Of a stretch of 64,000 nt of DNA, positions 1 to 14,075 are shown one piece after another. This DNA is from Mobula hypostoma (Eukaryota): assembly GCF_963921235.1 (NCBI RefSeq), contig NC_086097.1:15624001-15688000 (forward strand). Reading direction: 5' to 3'. Within the stretch, counting starts at the first letter, position 1. Each line of letters starts with the position of its first letter. A program made the translations under genes and the position numbers. The notes beneath the pieces are model-generated. The model was not told the origin of the DNA, ran no database searches, and saw nothing but the letters and a program-made list of their open reading frames with translations.

Positions 1-2435
1 AATATATTTTGTCTTCTTTTAATTTCTTCCTTTTCCCACTGTTCATTGAATTCACACTTACTATCACTTCCTGCTTTTTTTTTTGCTCATTTTCTTTTGC
101 ACTGTGATGCGTAACTGAAAGTAAAAACAAGGTTTAGTTTTCGAAAAAGTACAAAACTGCAGATGTTAACAAAGGACGAACAAAGTACAATCCTGCAGCG
201 CACGAGTGTCAGTTGTAAACTGACTGGCAAAAACCTGCGACGTACCGCTGGTGCAGACGCCTGGCGCCTCGGGATCAAACGTGTATTGAACAGTTATGGA
301 ACGACTGCAGAACAAAAGTCCTTCTTTCCTAGTTTGACTCATTGAACATTTTTTTAATTGCAAACAGATTAATGTGAAAGAAGATGACATTTGCCAAAAG
401 ATGTGCACGAAATAATAAAATTGCTAAAAATAATTGCTAAGTTTAGATTTATTCTCAGTAAAAACCCATTTCTTGCTCTAAGCTACTTGAATTCCTGTCA
501 TAGATTTTTTTTTACAAATCGGTTTTTGCTTAATACTTTTTGCATAAGTAGACTTACTTTTTGATTATCATCACTGGGGTGCAATGCGCCACTTCTAATC
601 ATCCAAAGCGCCACAGGTTGGCCATCCCTGACCTAGCTTGTCCTCCATCTCCTCCCTCTACCTTATTTTGGCATCTTCTCCCATTCCTGTTCAGTCCTGA
701 TGAAGGGTCTTGGCCTGCAACATCAACTGTTCATTCCTTTCCATAGATGTAGCCCGATCTGCTCAGTTCCTCTGGCATTTTGTGTGTGTGTCACTGTGGA
801 TTTCTGTAGCATTTCTCTCATACTTATAAAAGCTGTGTTGGTATGGCTTCTATGATTTCACCAACTACAAAGGTTAAAATTAATGACCTCTGGCTAATCT
901 TTCCTCAATACTGGAGCAGATGCAAGGAAGCCTGTAAAATAAGTGTTCCAGGGGTTATTGTAAGCTTCGAATGAATGCTGAAGACTTCAAAGAAAGGAAA
1001 ACATTCACTTAACTTGTTGTGTTATTACCAATTGCCTGTTGTCACTAGTGCCTGTTTTATTTCTAAATCATCCTGAGGATTTGGAACTTTTGGCAGCTGC
1101 AACACCAGCTGCGGAAACAAGAACATAACATTTACAATTCATGATGATCTATCACCAGACTTATTTGTGTAATGATGTGTGATTGAAGAGTGATTTTAGC
1201 ATGACCCTTTATCTGACAGAAGTGATATTATTAAGGAATGCCTTATCTCTTTATTGTATTAAAAAGCACAATTCCATCCTAGTGGATGGTGGATATGAGA
1301 GGAGAGCAATATGCTTCTCCCCTTTCCATAAGGAATCATTTAGACAGGCACATAATGAGCAGGGAATCGAGAGATGCAGACTGTGTTCTGGCAAATAGGA
1401 TTAGCTAGATTGACATGATCAGGCCAGACATACAGGACAGAAGTTCCTGTCCCGTACTATACTGTTCTATGTTCTAACAAAGTGGTTATTCCAGTTTCTC
1501 CATGATCAGATACAAGATATGTTTGACTGAATTCAGAACACGGTTGGCGGAGGAGGGGATAACTTCACTCAACTTCAATTGCCACATTACTGAAATGTTC
1601 CCACAACCAATGGGCTCACTTTCAAGAACTCTTTATCTCACATCCTCTATTTACTGCTTATTTATTATTATTTCTTCTTTTTGTATTTGCACAGTTTGCT
1701 GTCTTCTGCACTTTGGTTGAAGCCCTAGTTGGGTGGTCTTTCATTGATTCTGTTATGGTTATTATAATATAGATTTACTGAGTATGCCCACAAGAAAATG
1801 AATCTCAGAGTTGTATATGGTGACATATATGTACTTTGATAATAAGATTTACTTTGAACTTTGAATTCACACGTTTGCCCCTTCATCATAGCAATAACTT
1901 CGAAATGGAAATTTGCACGTGGAGGCACGAACAGAGAGTATGATGATGATGCTTTCAGCCTCTGTTCCTTTACTCTGTGCCGTCCACATGAGCTCACGTT
2001 ACCCCTCAAAAGAACTGCCTTTCAATAAGCAAGACATTCATTGCTAATGGATGCATGGTAGGTTGTGGATGAGTGAGAAACTGATTAAAGCCCCTTAAAC
2101 AAAACATTGTAGTGCTCCTTGTGGAGGAAGAGATAACCAGGCGGAATCTTCACTAACGGCAAGGAAAACACACGCAACCAGTTTTGATTGATTGCACGCT
2201 TTGACATGAAGCTTGCCACCCCGTTGTCCACTTCACTATCCACATTAGAGCAGTCGATCGTTGTTCTGCCACCTGATGCCCAGTTGTGATTGAGTTCCTG
2301 CCATTTACTTGAGAAGGCAGACGGTCAGCGAGGTTGGTCCGACAACTGGACCAGGAGAATACAGGTGAGCAGGGGCCACGTGGAGTGACTTTGCGCCATG
2401 GACTGGGTCCAGTAAGATGCTATCTTATGAAATGG

Positions 2436-3542
2436 AAGCATTTGGCTCTGGGCCTATACTTGCTATAGCTTAGAAGAATGAGAGGCCTCGAATAGGTGGA
2501 TGTGGAGAGGATGTTTTCAGTAGTGGGAGAGACTAAGACCAGAGGGAACTGACACAGAATAGAAGAACATCCCTTTAGAAAAGAGATGCAGAGGAATAAG
2601 ACTCTTGGCAGTGTGGAGGATCAGAGGGATCTTCGGGTCCGAGTCCATAGGACACTCAAAGCTGCTGCGCAGGTTGACTCTCTGGTTAAGAAAGCATACG
2701 GTGCATTGGCCTTCATCAATCGTGGGATTGAGTTTAGGAGCCAAGAGGTAATGTTGCAGCTATATAAGACCCTGGTCAGATCCTATTTGGAGTACTGTGC
2801 TCAGTTCTGGTTGCCTCACTACAGGAAGGATGTGGAAACCAAAGAAAGGATTCAGGGGAGATTTACAAGGATGTTGCCTGGATTGGGGAGCATGCCTTAT
2901 GAGAATAGGTTGAGTGAACTCGACCTTTTCTCTTTGGAGCAACGGAGGGTGAGTGGTGACCTGATAGAGGTGTATAAGATAATGAGAGGCATTGATTGTG
3001 TGGATAGTCAGAGACTTTTCCCAGGGTTGAAATGGCTAGCACGAGAGGGCACAGTTTTAAGGTGCTTGGATGTAGGTACAGAGGAGATGTCAGAGGTAAG
3101 TTTTTTATGCAGAGAGTGGTGAGTGCGTGGAATGGGCTGCCGGCGACGGTGATGGAGGCGGATGTGATAGGGTCTTTTAAGAGATTCCTGCACAGATACA
3201 CGGAGCTCAGTAAAATAGAAGGCTATGGGTAACCCTAGGTAATTTCTAAGATAGGGACATGTTCGGCACAGCTTTGTGGGCCGAAGGGCCTGTATTGTGC
3301 TGTAGGTTTTTCTATGTTTCTATGTATGAATTTATTTAGCCAGAGGGTGGTGCATCAATTAAATACATTGCTGCAGAAGGCTGCGGAGGCCAAGTCATTG
3401 ACGATATTTAAAGTAGAGGTTGACAGGTACGTAATTAGTTATGGGGAGAATGAGGTTGAGCAAGATAATAAATCAGCCGTTAATTGAATGGCTGAGCAGA
3501 CCCAATGGGCTGAGAGGTCTAATTCTGCTCCTATGTCTTTGA
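2436..3542 (+). mobile_element. Nested CR1 LINE 3' fragments (young copy about 2598-3325 inside an older CR1 3' end)
   Basis: ORF 2586-3122 with LYKTLVRSYLEYCAQFW and RVSGDLIEVYKI motifs, (tctatgtt) tail at about 3310-3325. The older copy resumes at about 3328. Confidence 0.9.
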
Positions 3543-4059
3543 ACAGAAAACTTCCAGTGATTCTAATAGATAGCAAAGAGTGTTCATTTTGCAAGTGCCT
3601 TGGCATCACCTTGGAAGAAGCCCATCAAAATGGCCGTATTCATCTCGACAATGTACAGTAAGTGATCAAGTCTAATGGGGACATCCTGGCTAAGATGCTT
3701 CACACATTATTCCTTGGCTGTATTTCAGGTAGGAAGACTGCCCTCTAAATATCCTAGCAAATGTTTACCTGCAGGTGAGGGCCATTCTGCCTATCTTCTT
3801 CCTGCTCCTTTCATATGTCTTGCTGTGACTGTTCTTTGCTTAATCTACCAGTTATAACATGTTCCCAGAGGCCTGCAAGTGAGTAGAACTGTGCCTAGAA
3901 GCAACATGTTAATGTGGAAATATGAGCAGGGACTATCTTTCATCATCAGATTTATTATTCCCTTCTCTTTCAGAGCAGATGTTATTTTCATAATTTTTTT
4001 ATGATATCGAAACCATGACCCTCAATGTAGAGTGTCCTCCTCCCATCAAAGCATATAGC

Positions 4060-4670
4060 ATTGACTTACCCAGTACTGGCAGATTCACCTCCCTGGGCAG
4101 CATCATGGGGCAGGATGGTGGGACACATGGTGACATCCAGTGCAAACTCAGCAAAGCTAGAAATGTCTTCAAATCAATGAGCAACATGTGAGGAACAACC
4201 AAGTACAGCGTCCACACCAAGGTGAAGCTGTCCCAGAGCTGTGTTCTGTCCACACTCTTTTACGGGTCAGAATGCTGGCGCCTGACAGGCTGTCGTCGTT
4301 CCCACGCCGTAAGCCGGCAGAAGATCCTCTGTATTTTCAGGCCAAGAAAGGTCTCCAAACACACCCCTACTCCTTCAGTGTCATCAAGAAGACATGGCCA
4401 CAGTCATCACGAGGAAATGTTGGAGATGTACTGGGCCCGCGACAAGAGAGGCCAACTCCATCATTGAGATAGCTCTTCATTGGACCCCTGAAGGACGGAG
4501 GAAACGTGGGAGACCAAAGAGAACTTGGCAGAAGTTCTATTATAGAGGCAGAAATGAGGACCCTGAACCACACTTGGGGCACAATAGAGATGATGGCCGA
4601 GGACAGACAGAGATGGAGGACCTTCATTTTTCCCCCTAAACACCAGTGGTGTAATGGGCAGTAAGTAACT
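4060..4670 (+). mobile_element. RTE-clade LINE 3' fragment
   Basis: Decayed motifs SLGSIMGQDGG, VLSTLFYGSECW and ALHWTPEGRRKRGRPKRTW, ending in a taagtaa tail. Confidence 0.85.
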
Positions 4671-4774
4671 CATGATATAGAAGTAGAATCTTTGATTTTG
4701 AATCTGTGCTTTCTCACAGAATAGTTCCATTTCCCTGTAAGCTACACTTTTCAACTACCATTTCTTCCCAGCTA

Positions 4775-4970
4775 GGATGAATTTACAGTGGCCAATTAAC
4801 CTGCATGTCTTTAGCATGTGGGGAGAATCCAGAACACCCAGGGGAAACCTATGCAGCTGCGGAGAATCTGCAGACTCCTCATATACAGTGCCTGAGGTGA
4901 GAATTGAACTTGGGTCACTGGAACTGTGAGGCACTTGGTTTCTATGAGCTGCACCACTGTTCTGCTGCCA
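4775..4970 (-). mobile_element. tRNA-derived SINE (V-SINE/HE1-like), degenerate
   Basis: Reverse complement resembles the SINE head/body at 20788-21068, including a B-box-like gttcaattc. Confidence 0.6.
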
Positions 4971-5689
4971 TACTGTAAATACTTGGATCAGACAGCATCT
5001 CTGGGAAAAAGAAATAAAAATGTTACTGAATGGTGATATTTCAACAGAATAACGTGCACAAAACGCTGGAGGAACTCAGCTGGCCGGGATGCATCTATGG
5101 AAATTAATAAACAGTCAACGTTTCAGGCTGAGACCCTTCTTCAGATCCTGACTGACCAAGATCCTTCATCAGTCAGCATACAGCCTGACTTGCTGAGTTC
5201 CTTTTAACATCTTGTTGTGTTACTCTGAATCTCCATCATCTACAGAATCTCTTGCGTTCATGATCTTTCAACAGAGCTGGCTATCTCGCACACACAGTCT
5301 GTATTCTACATTCTGTCACTGCTTTTCCCTTCATCAAGGATACATCAAGGATCTTCAAGGAGTGATGCCTCAAAAAGGCAGCATCCATCATTAAGGACCC
5401 CCATCACACGAGTCACACCCTATTCTCATTGTTACTATCAGAAAGGACGTACATTCTCAATGATTCAGGCGCAGTTTCTTCCTTTTGCCATCCAATTCCT
5501 GAATGGACATTGAGCCTATGAACACTACCACACTACTATTTTTATTTTTGCACGAATTTAATTTAACTAATTAATATATACTTACTGTAATTCAGATTTT
5601 TCTCTGTTACCACATATTACAGTGTAATGCTGACACAAAGACAGCAAATTTCACAACATATGCTGCTGAAATTAAACCTTATTCTGCTT

Positions 5690-6365
5690 TTGACTGGGAG
5701 ATTGTTTTGCTGAACACCTACGCTCCGTCTGCCAGAGAAAGCAGGATCTCTCAGTGGCCACACATTTTAATTCCACGTCCCATTCCCATTCTGATATGTC
5801 TATCCACGGCCTCCTCTACTGTCAAGATGAAACCACACTCAGGTTGGAGGAACAACACCTTGTATTCTGTCTGCGTAGCCTCCAACCTGATGGCATGAAC
5901 ATTGTCTTCTATAACTTCTGCTAATGCCCCACCTTACCCCATCCCTTATTTATTTATTTATTATTTACCCTTTTTTTTCCCTCTCTCTCTCTTTTCTCTC
6001 TCTGTCCCTCTCACAATAACTCCTTGCCTGCTCTCCATCTTCCTTCCCCTTTCTTTCTCCCTAGGCCTCCCGTCCCATAATCCTCTCCCTTCTCCAGCCT
6101 TGTATCCCTTTTGCCAATCAACTTTCCAGCTTTTAGCTTTATCCCTCCCCCTCCCGTCTTCTCCTATCATTTCTGATTTCCCCTCCCCCTCCCACTTTCA
6201 AATCTCTTACTATCTCTTCTTTCAGTTAGTCCTGACGAAGGGTCTCGACCTGAAATATTGACTGTGCTTCTTCCTATAGATGCTGCCTGGCCTGCTGCGT
6301 TCACCAGCATTTTGTGTGTGTTGCTTGAATTTCCAGCATCTGCAGATTTCCTCATGTTCTGCTTT
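5690..6365 (+). mobile_element. Penelope-like element 3' part (GIY-YIG C-terminus plus terminal repeat)
   Basis: Homologous to 42545-43200 (FAEHLRSV, DLSVATHFNS, RLEEQHL motifs). Contains a hammerhead motif at 6227-6264. Confidence 0.9.
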
Positions 6366-6605
6366 TGATGAAATGTTCTGTATAAATGGCATGCAAAGCT
6401 AAGATTTTCACTAAATCCCAGTTCATGATAACAATAAACCAATTTACCAATAGATTATCTGAAATTGTTGAAATTAATGTTGAGTCCTGAGTTGCGTAGC
6501 AGAAATATGAAATGCTTATGTGGGGTTTTGTTGGAAAAGTGCAGGTGTATGGCACAAGGTTGAAAGCTTGCAATATTGACTCCTTTTACCACGTAATCAA
6601 TGCCT

Positions 6606-7610
6606 AGTGGACACTTTATCAGGTACCTTCTGTACCTAATACAGTAGGCACTGAATATACCTTCATGGTCTTCTGCTCCTGTGGCCAACCCACCAAGATC
6701 CGATGTGTTGTGCATTCAGAGATGTTCTTTTGCACACCATTGTTATTACGTGTGGCTATCTGAGTTACTGTCACCTTCCTGTCAGCTTGCACAAGTCTGG
6801 CCATTCTCCTCTGACCTCTCTCAAGGAGTTTTCACCTACAGAACAGCAGCTCACTGGATTTTTTTGTTTTTCACACATCGTAAATTCTTAAGACTTGTGC
6901 GTGAGAATCCCAGGAGATCTGCAGTTTCTGAGATACTCAAACCACCACACCAGGCACCAACAAACATTCCATGATCAAAGTCAAGTCAAGTCAAGTCAAG
7001 TCAAGTTGCTTTTATTGTCATTTCAACCATAACTGCTGATACAGTACACAGTAAAAATGAAACAACATTCCTCCAGGACCACAGTGCTACACGAAACAAC
7101 ACAAAACCACTAGACTACGTGAAACAACTCAAAACTACATTAGACTTCAGACCTACACGGGACTACATAAAGTGCACAAAACAGTGCAAGACAGTACAAT
7201 AATTAATAAACAAGACGATAGGCACAGTAAAGGACAAATTACAATATAATAAATGATGTAAATGTAAACAAAGTTTTAGCAGGAATTGAGAAAGAAATGA
7301 GAAAAAATTGCAAAGGGAGTGGAGTGGTGTTCAGTTGAGTGTGTGTGTGTTTGAGTGTAGGTTGGTGTCAGACTAGACTCTGGGAATTGAGGAGTCTAAT
7401 GGCTTGGGGGAAGAAAGTAATTTCAAACACATTTCTTCTCCATTCTGATGTTTGGTCTGAGCAACAACTGAACCTCTTGACCATTTCCCTGTAAGCTATA
7501 CTTTTCAATTACCGTTGAATGCTTTTATGCTTGAGTTGTTGCTACGTGATTAGCTAATTAGATACTTGCATTAATGGGCCAGGGACACCTAATAAAGTGG
7601 CCACTGAGTG
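6606..7610 (-). mobile_element. Non-autonomous Tc1-like DNA transposon interrupted by a LINE 3' fragment (about 6978-7420, (aagtc)n tail)
   Basis: TIR-like ends agtggacactttatcaggtac and cctaataaagtggccactgagtg followed by TA. Transposase remnant MARLVQADRKVTVTQIA. Confidence 0.8.
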
Positions 7611-8521
7611 TAACTCTCAAACCCTATGCCAATGCTTGATAATTCAAGAGATTTCTGACTGCTTAATGATTGATTTCTTGTTTAGAAAGCTTTGTTATTT
7701 CCCTCCCTGGTGAAAAGTCTGCTAGAAAGTTAATCAACAGTTTCTCAGGACTCCAGGTATGTCTTTGGAGGTTGGTAACCCCCTGATGCTGAAGGCTGGG
7801 AGTAATTTGTTTCTTATACAGAATTCTATGGTAACTAGTAAGTGTATTTAATTTGTATTTACCTGTTCCCTTTGACTACAGTGTGGCAGTAGACATAATG
7901 TGTCATACCACCTGAGCAACAGTGACTAAGATACTAAATGCACAGCAGAGTCTGGAAATTATTGCAAGGACATAAAACATTGGAATTAGGAGCATGGAGT
8001 AGGTCGTTTGGTCGTTCATCCCAATCTGTCTTTCATCAAGATCAAAACTGATTTTCGACTGTAGTTTAATTTCTCTCTGCTCTGCCCGTATTCTTTGACT
8101 CCTTTATTGTATGGAAATACGGAGCAGTGAGAGAGAGAGGGTTTCACTGAACTCCTGTCAAAGAGAAGATTTAAACTTCTTCAGGGTAGGCACGCCTGGA
8201 AGAGACTTTGCATTGTAGTAATCAAATCAAAAACAAAAGAAAACCTCTCACTGCGCCCCCGTTGTGATCCCTAGTGCTCTACAACTCTTTGACCACGTGC
8301 TTACCCAAACCCACTACTACAGCTTCCATGGTCTTCTGTCTTTTTCACCAATCAACGTCCCAGCTCTTTACCTCATCTCTCGCCCTCCAGATTTCACCTG
8401 TCACCTGCTGTTTCTCTCTCCCCTCCCCCCACCTGTTAAATCTACTTCTCAGCTTTTTTTTCTCCAGTCCTGCCGAAGGATTTCGACCCAAAATGTCGAC
8501 TGCACTTTTTTCCGTAGACGC

Positions 8522-9582
8522 TTTTCAGCATTCAACACCATAATTCCCTCCAAGCCTGACAAGAAGCTCAGAGACCTCGGCCTTCACCCTGCCTTGTGTA
8601 GCTGGATTCTGGACTTGTTAGATCACCGGTAGGTGGTACGAGTGGGCTCCCTCACCTCTGCTCCTCTGACCCGCAACACATGTGCACCTCAGGGCTGTGT
8701 ACTAAGCCCCCTCCTTTACTCTCTATGTACCCATGATTGTGTCGCCACCCACAGCTCTGATCTGCTAATTAAATTTGCTGATGACACTACACTGAATGGC
8801 CTAATCTCAAATAATGATGAGGCAGCCTACAGAGAGGAAATCATCACCCTGACACAGTAATGTCAAGAAAACAACCTCTCCCTCAACATCGCAAAAACAA
8901 ATGAGCTGGTTGTGGACTACAGGAGGAATGGAGACAGGCTAACCCCTATTGACATCAGTGGATCTGGGGTTGAGACAGTGAACAGCTTTAAGTTCCTCGG
9001 CATAAACATCACCAAGGATCTCACGTGGTCTGTACATACCGGCTGTGTGGTGAAAAAGGCACAACAACACCTCTTTCACCTCAGATAGTTGAAGGAGTTC
9101 GGTATGGCCTCCAAAATTCTAAGTACTTTCTATAGGGGCACGATTGAGAGCATCCTGACTGGTTGCATCACTGCCTGGTATGGGAACTGTACTTCCCTCA
9201 ATTGTCCAGCACATCTGTAGATGTGAACTTCCCATTATTCAGGACATTTACAAAGACAGGTGTGTAAAAAGGGCCCAAGGGATCACTGGGGACCCGAGTC
9301 ACCCCAACCACAAACTGCTCCAGTTGCTACCATCTGGGAAACGGTACCGCAGCATAAAAGCCAGGACCAACAGGCTCCAGGACAGCTTCTTCCACCAGGC
9401 CATCAGACTGATTAATTCACGCTGATGCATCTGTATATCAGTATTATATTGACTATCCTGTTGTACATAATATTCATTATATATTACTATAATTGCATAT
9501 TGCACATTTGAACGGAGATGTAACATAAAGATTTTTACTCATGTATATGAAGGATGTAAGTAGTAAAGTCAATTCAATTCAT
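8522..9582 (+). mobile_element. Rex1/Babar-type LINE RT 3' part inserted into a Penelope terminal fragment (about 8330-8520 plus 9583-9665)
   Basis: [21 protein letters not shown] and KFADDTT motifs; aataaa-like signal plus (aattc)n tail. The Penelope end resumes after the tail. Confidence 0.9.
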
Positions 9583-10642
9583 TTCAGCCTGGCCTGCTGA
9601 GTTCATCCAGCATTTTGTGTGTGTTGCTTCAATTTCCAGCATCTGCAGATTTTCTCTTGCTTGTAAGTCTCACTGAGATTTCTAAGGATCAAGATGAATA
9701 TTAGCTCTGTTTGTTGCATGTACATTGTTATATACAGTGAAATGTGTCATTCACAGCAACGACCAACACAGTCCAAGGTGTCCCAGGGGCAGTCTGCAAG
9801 TGTGAGAATCAAAATCAGTTTTAATATCACTGGCATATGTCATGAAATTTGTCGTTTTGTGGCAGCAGTACATTACAACACATAATAATAAAGATAATTA
9901 AAGTAAGAAGTATGTATAAAAAAGAAAATTAAATTAAGTAAGTAGTGCAAAAGGAGAGGAAAAAAGTACTGAGGTAGTGTCCATGGGTTCAAAGTCCATT
10001 CAGACATCTGATGGCAGAGGGGAAGAAACTGCTCCTATATCATTGAGTGTGTGGCTTCTCCTTGATGGTAGTAATGGGAAGAGGGCATGTCCTGGGAGAT
10101 GGGGTCCTTAATGATGACTGCTACCTTTTTGTGGCATCACCTTTTGAAGGTGTCCTCTTGCTTCGGGCACCAACATGCCATGCCCACATCACCTGTACAC
10201 CTCTGGGATGTGGGAGCAAACCAGAGGACCTGGAGGAAGTCCACACGGATCAGGGAAAACATGCAAACTCCCTCCTGATGGTGATGTAATTGAACCCGCG
10301 TTGCTGGCACTACTCTGACCAATACGCTCAGTCTCTAAACTCCAGAGAACACAGGATGATTCCACTCAATCCCTCCTCCATTTTAATGAAGGTTGTTATG
10401 ACCATTTTCTGGTCCAGAGTGTGATCAGCTTTAAGTGAGTGCTTCTCACACACCTTTCATTGAACTTACACTTAGCGACAGACTTCCTGAGGTACTCTGA
10501 TGTGGTGTTCTGTGCAGTAACATATCAGTACCACTACATATCTCCTTAGTCAATTAGATTGAAGAACATTAATAGAGTCACACAGTGCCTAGGAAACAAA
10601 TGAATAGATGTTGAAACAAGAAAAAGAAAAATGGGACAAAAG

Positions 10643-11998
10643 ACCATAAGACCATAAGACAAAGGAGCAGAAGTCGGCCATTCGGCCCATCAAGTCTGCT
10701 CCGCCATTTTATCATGAGCTGGTCCATTCTCCCATTTAGTCCCACTCCCCCATCTTCTCACCATAACCCTTGATGCCCTGGTTACTCAGATACCTATCAA
10801 TCTCTGCCTTAAATACACCCAATGACTTGGCCTCCACTGCTGCCCATGGCAACAAATTCCATAGATTCACCACCCTCTGACTAAAAAAAATTTCTTCACA
10901 TTTCTGTTCTGAATGGGCGCCCTTCAATCCTTAAGTCATGCCCTCTCGTACTAGACTCCCCCATCATGAGAAACAACTTTGCCACATCCACTCTGTCCAT
11001 GCCTTTCAACATTCGAAATGTTTCTATGGGGCCTCCCCTCATTCTTCTAAACTCCAAGGAATACAGTCCAAGAGCGAACAAACTTTCCTCATATATTAAC
11101 CCTCTCATTCCCGGAATCATTCTAGTGAATCTTCTCTGTACCCTCTCTAACGTCAGCACATCCTTTCTTAAATAAGGAGCCCAAAACTGCCCACAGTACT
11201 CCAAGTGAGGTCTCACCAGTGCCTTATAGACGCTCAACATCACATCCCTGCTCCTATACTCTATTCCTCTAGAAATGAGTGCCAACATTGCATTCGCCTT
11301 CTTCACCACTGACTCCACCTGGAGGTTAACCTTAAGGGTATCCTATACGAGGACTCCCAAGTCCTGTTGCATCTCAGAACTTTGAATTGTTTCCCCATTT
11401 AAATAGTAATCTGCCCGTTTATTTCTTCTGCCAAAGTGCATAACCATACACTTTCCAACATTGTATTTCATTTGTCACTTCTTTGCCCATTCTTCCAATC
11501 TATCCAAGTCTCTCTGCAGACTCTCTGTTTCCTCAGCACTACCGGCCTCTCCACCTATCTTCGTATCGTCAGCAAACTTAGCCACAAAGCCATCTATTCC
11601 ATAATCCAAATCATTGATGTACAATGTAAGAAGAAGCGGCCCCAACACGGACCCCTGTGGAACACCACTGGTAACCGGCAGCCAACCAGAATAGGATCCC
11701 TTTATTCCCGCTCTCTGTTTCCTGCCAATCAGCCAACGCTCTATCCACGTATGTAACTTTCCCATAATTCCATGGGCTCTTTTCTTGTTAAGTAGCCTCA
11801 TGTGTGGCACCTTGTCAAAGGCCTTCTGAAAATCCAAATATACAACATCCACAGCATCTCCCTCATCTAGCCTACTTGTAATTTCCTCAAAAGATTGTAA
11901 TAGGTTTGTCAGGCAGGATTTTCCTTTAAGGAATCCATGCTGAGTTCTGCCTATCTTGTCATATGCCTCCAGGTACTCTGTAACCTCATCCTTGACAA
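10643..11998 (-). mobile_element. CR1 LINE, 5'-truncated (RT plus 3' UTR)
   Basis: ORFs 11475-12077 ([30 protein letters not shown]) and 10896-11318; (gaccataa)n tail. Confidence 0.95.
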
Positions 11999-12844
11999 AT
12001 CCTTGACAAAGAGACAAATATAACATGAAGAAAAGGATTCCTAATGTTTTCAAATCTGAAAGAAAGGGTCTCCTCACTTTAGAAGTTAAATTTCTTTATC
12101 AGGGAGGTGGTTTGGCACAACTAAGACATTGTACAAAATAAATTTTTTTTGATGTGTATAGTTCGATGATACATCTGTCTCTGAGGCTTAGTTTCTGGAG
12201 AAGAGCAATTCAGCTGGTACTTTCTTGATTTCCACATTTAACTGTGTGTTATTCCCATAGATAGCTCTTTAACAGTGATCAGAATCCGAGGTGAAAGTCA
12301 GTGGTACAACAGACCAATGGGAAAGCAATTGATACAATCAGTACAATGGGTTGAATTGGCATTATTAGCTATGCAATTATATTGGTAAGCGATCTAAGTT
12401 ACTTTTCACTCCTTGTGAGTGTGGAGAGTGGACTTGTCAATCCCATTCTAAAGCTCCTAAACCAGAATGTTCATGTGACGTTCTCTTCTTATATATTTAT
12501 TATTCTCTTTTAGTATCTTATATAATGGAAATATGTGAGAGTTCTTATATAGTTGAATTATGGCAGTCTAAGGTAATGTTGCAAGCAGTAACTTCTATGC
12601 CTATGTGTTTAAATAGTAGAATTATTTACATCATTTATGAATGCCAGAACACTGCCATTCCTTACAAAAAAGAAAAAAATTCTATTTCTCCGACATCAAA
12701 AATGTGTCTCGACAATATTCAGAGTTTGCAATAGACTCTTAACCCAGTCCTTATGACTTTGAAAATAGCTAGGTATAAATTGTAGATTAGTCTAGTTTTA
12801 TTCTATTCTGAGTATGAAGCTCTTTCATCCCACAGCTTTTTATC

Positions 12845-14003
12845 GTTTTCAGCTCGGCATTTAATACAATCACCCCTCAGAAGCTGGTGGGTAATCGGTC
12901 TTTGTTGGGTCTCTACACCTCTCTCTGCAACTGGATCTTGGGCTTCTTGACAAAAAGGCCACAGTCAGATCATGTTGGCAGCAACATCTCTAGCTCTGTC
13001 ATGTTGAGCTCTGATGCCCCCCAGCATTGCATACTCAGCCTGCTGCTGACTGTACTGCTAGATCCAGCTCAAACTGAATCAAGTTCACTGATGACACAAG
13101 TGGTTGGTCTCGTCAACAATAATGATGAGACAGCATACAGTGAAGAGGTAGATTGGCTTGTAGAATGGCTTGTAGAACAACTTGAGTTTCAAAATAGACA
13201 AGACTAAGGAGATGATTGTGGACTTCAGAAAGGTGCAGGCTGTCTTCTCCTCATTACACACAAATGGCTCCTCTGTGATGAGCACCAAGTTTCTGCAAGT
13301 GCACATAATGGACGATCTCACCTGGTTCCTCAACACCAGCTTTTTAGTCAAGAAAGCACAGCAGTGTCTCCACTTCCTGAGGAGATTGAGACAAGCAAGG
13401 TTCTCCCTCGCCCATTCTAACCAACTTGTACAGGAGCATGACGGAGAGTGTCCTGACCAGCCGCATCACCGTTTGGAATGGGAATTGCGAGGCAGCTGAG
13501 TGCAAGACTCTGCAAAGGATTGCAAGGTCTGCTGACGGATCATAGGGCCTCACTTCCACCCATCTGAGATCTCTATCAGGAGTGCTGTGTATGGACAGCC
13601 CTTAGCATTGTCAAGGATTCCTCCCATCCATCCCACAATCTCTTCGACTTTCTCCCAGAAGACAGGCAGGAGGTAGTATAGCATTAAGCCAAGGACTGTT
13701 AGGATGGGGAAACAGCTTCTTCCCCAAGACCATGTGATACCTGAGCTTCCTGCCACCACCCAGGCCTCTTCGCTTATTAAGCACCAATAGTGTTATACTG
13801 TTTACTTTTTAACTTGTGTTGTAAATGCACCTTAGGCTAGATGTCAGTCTTCTAGAATATATTTTATCCATTGTTAATTTATTTGTGGTAATATTAATTT
13901 ACATGTGGCGTGTGAGTGTGGTAATATTACTTTACATGTGGCGTGTGAGTTACATGTATTGTGTTGTGCACCTTGGTCCAGAGGCGCATTGTTCCTTTTG
14001 GCC

Positions 14004-14051
<48 letters not shown>

Positions 14052-14075
14052 GAATGACAATAAACTTAGAACTTG
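12845..14075 (+). mobile_element. Degenerate Rex1/Babar-type LINE 3' part with (CA)n at about 14006-14048
   Basis: LCNWILGFLT, KTKEMIVDFRK and KKAQQCLHFLRRL motifs. Confidence 0.85.

Noticed and set aside
2750..3325. Long direct repeat with 61051-61628, suggesting a segmental duplication or giant LTR pair
   Set aside because: Similarity is confined to the CR1 3' end, with different 5' truncation points and unrelated flanks. These are independent insertions.
12261..12384. AG...GT-bounded 124-nt segment with one open frame
   Set aside because: Weak pyrimidine tract, unrecognisable peptide and no partner exons.
13884..13949. 33-bp tandem duplication (also a duplication of about 59 bp at about 20368-20487)
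   Set aside because: Simple local duplications inside decayed LINEs with no sign of function.
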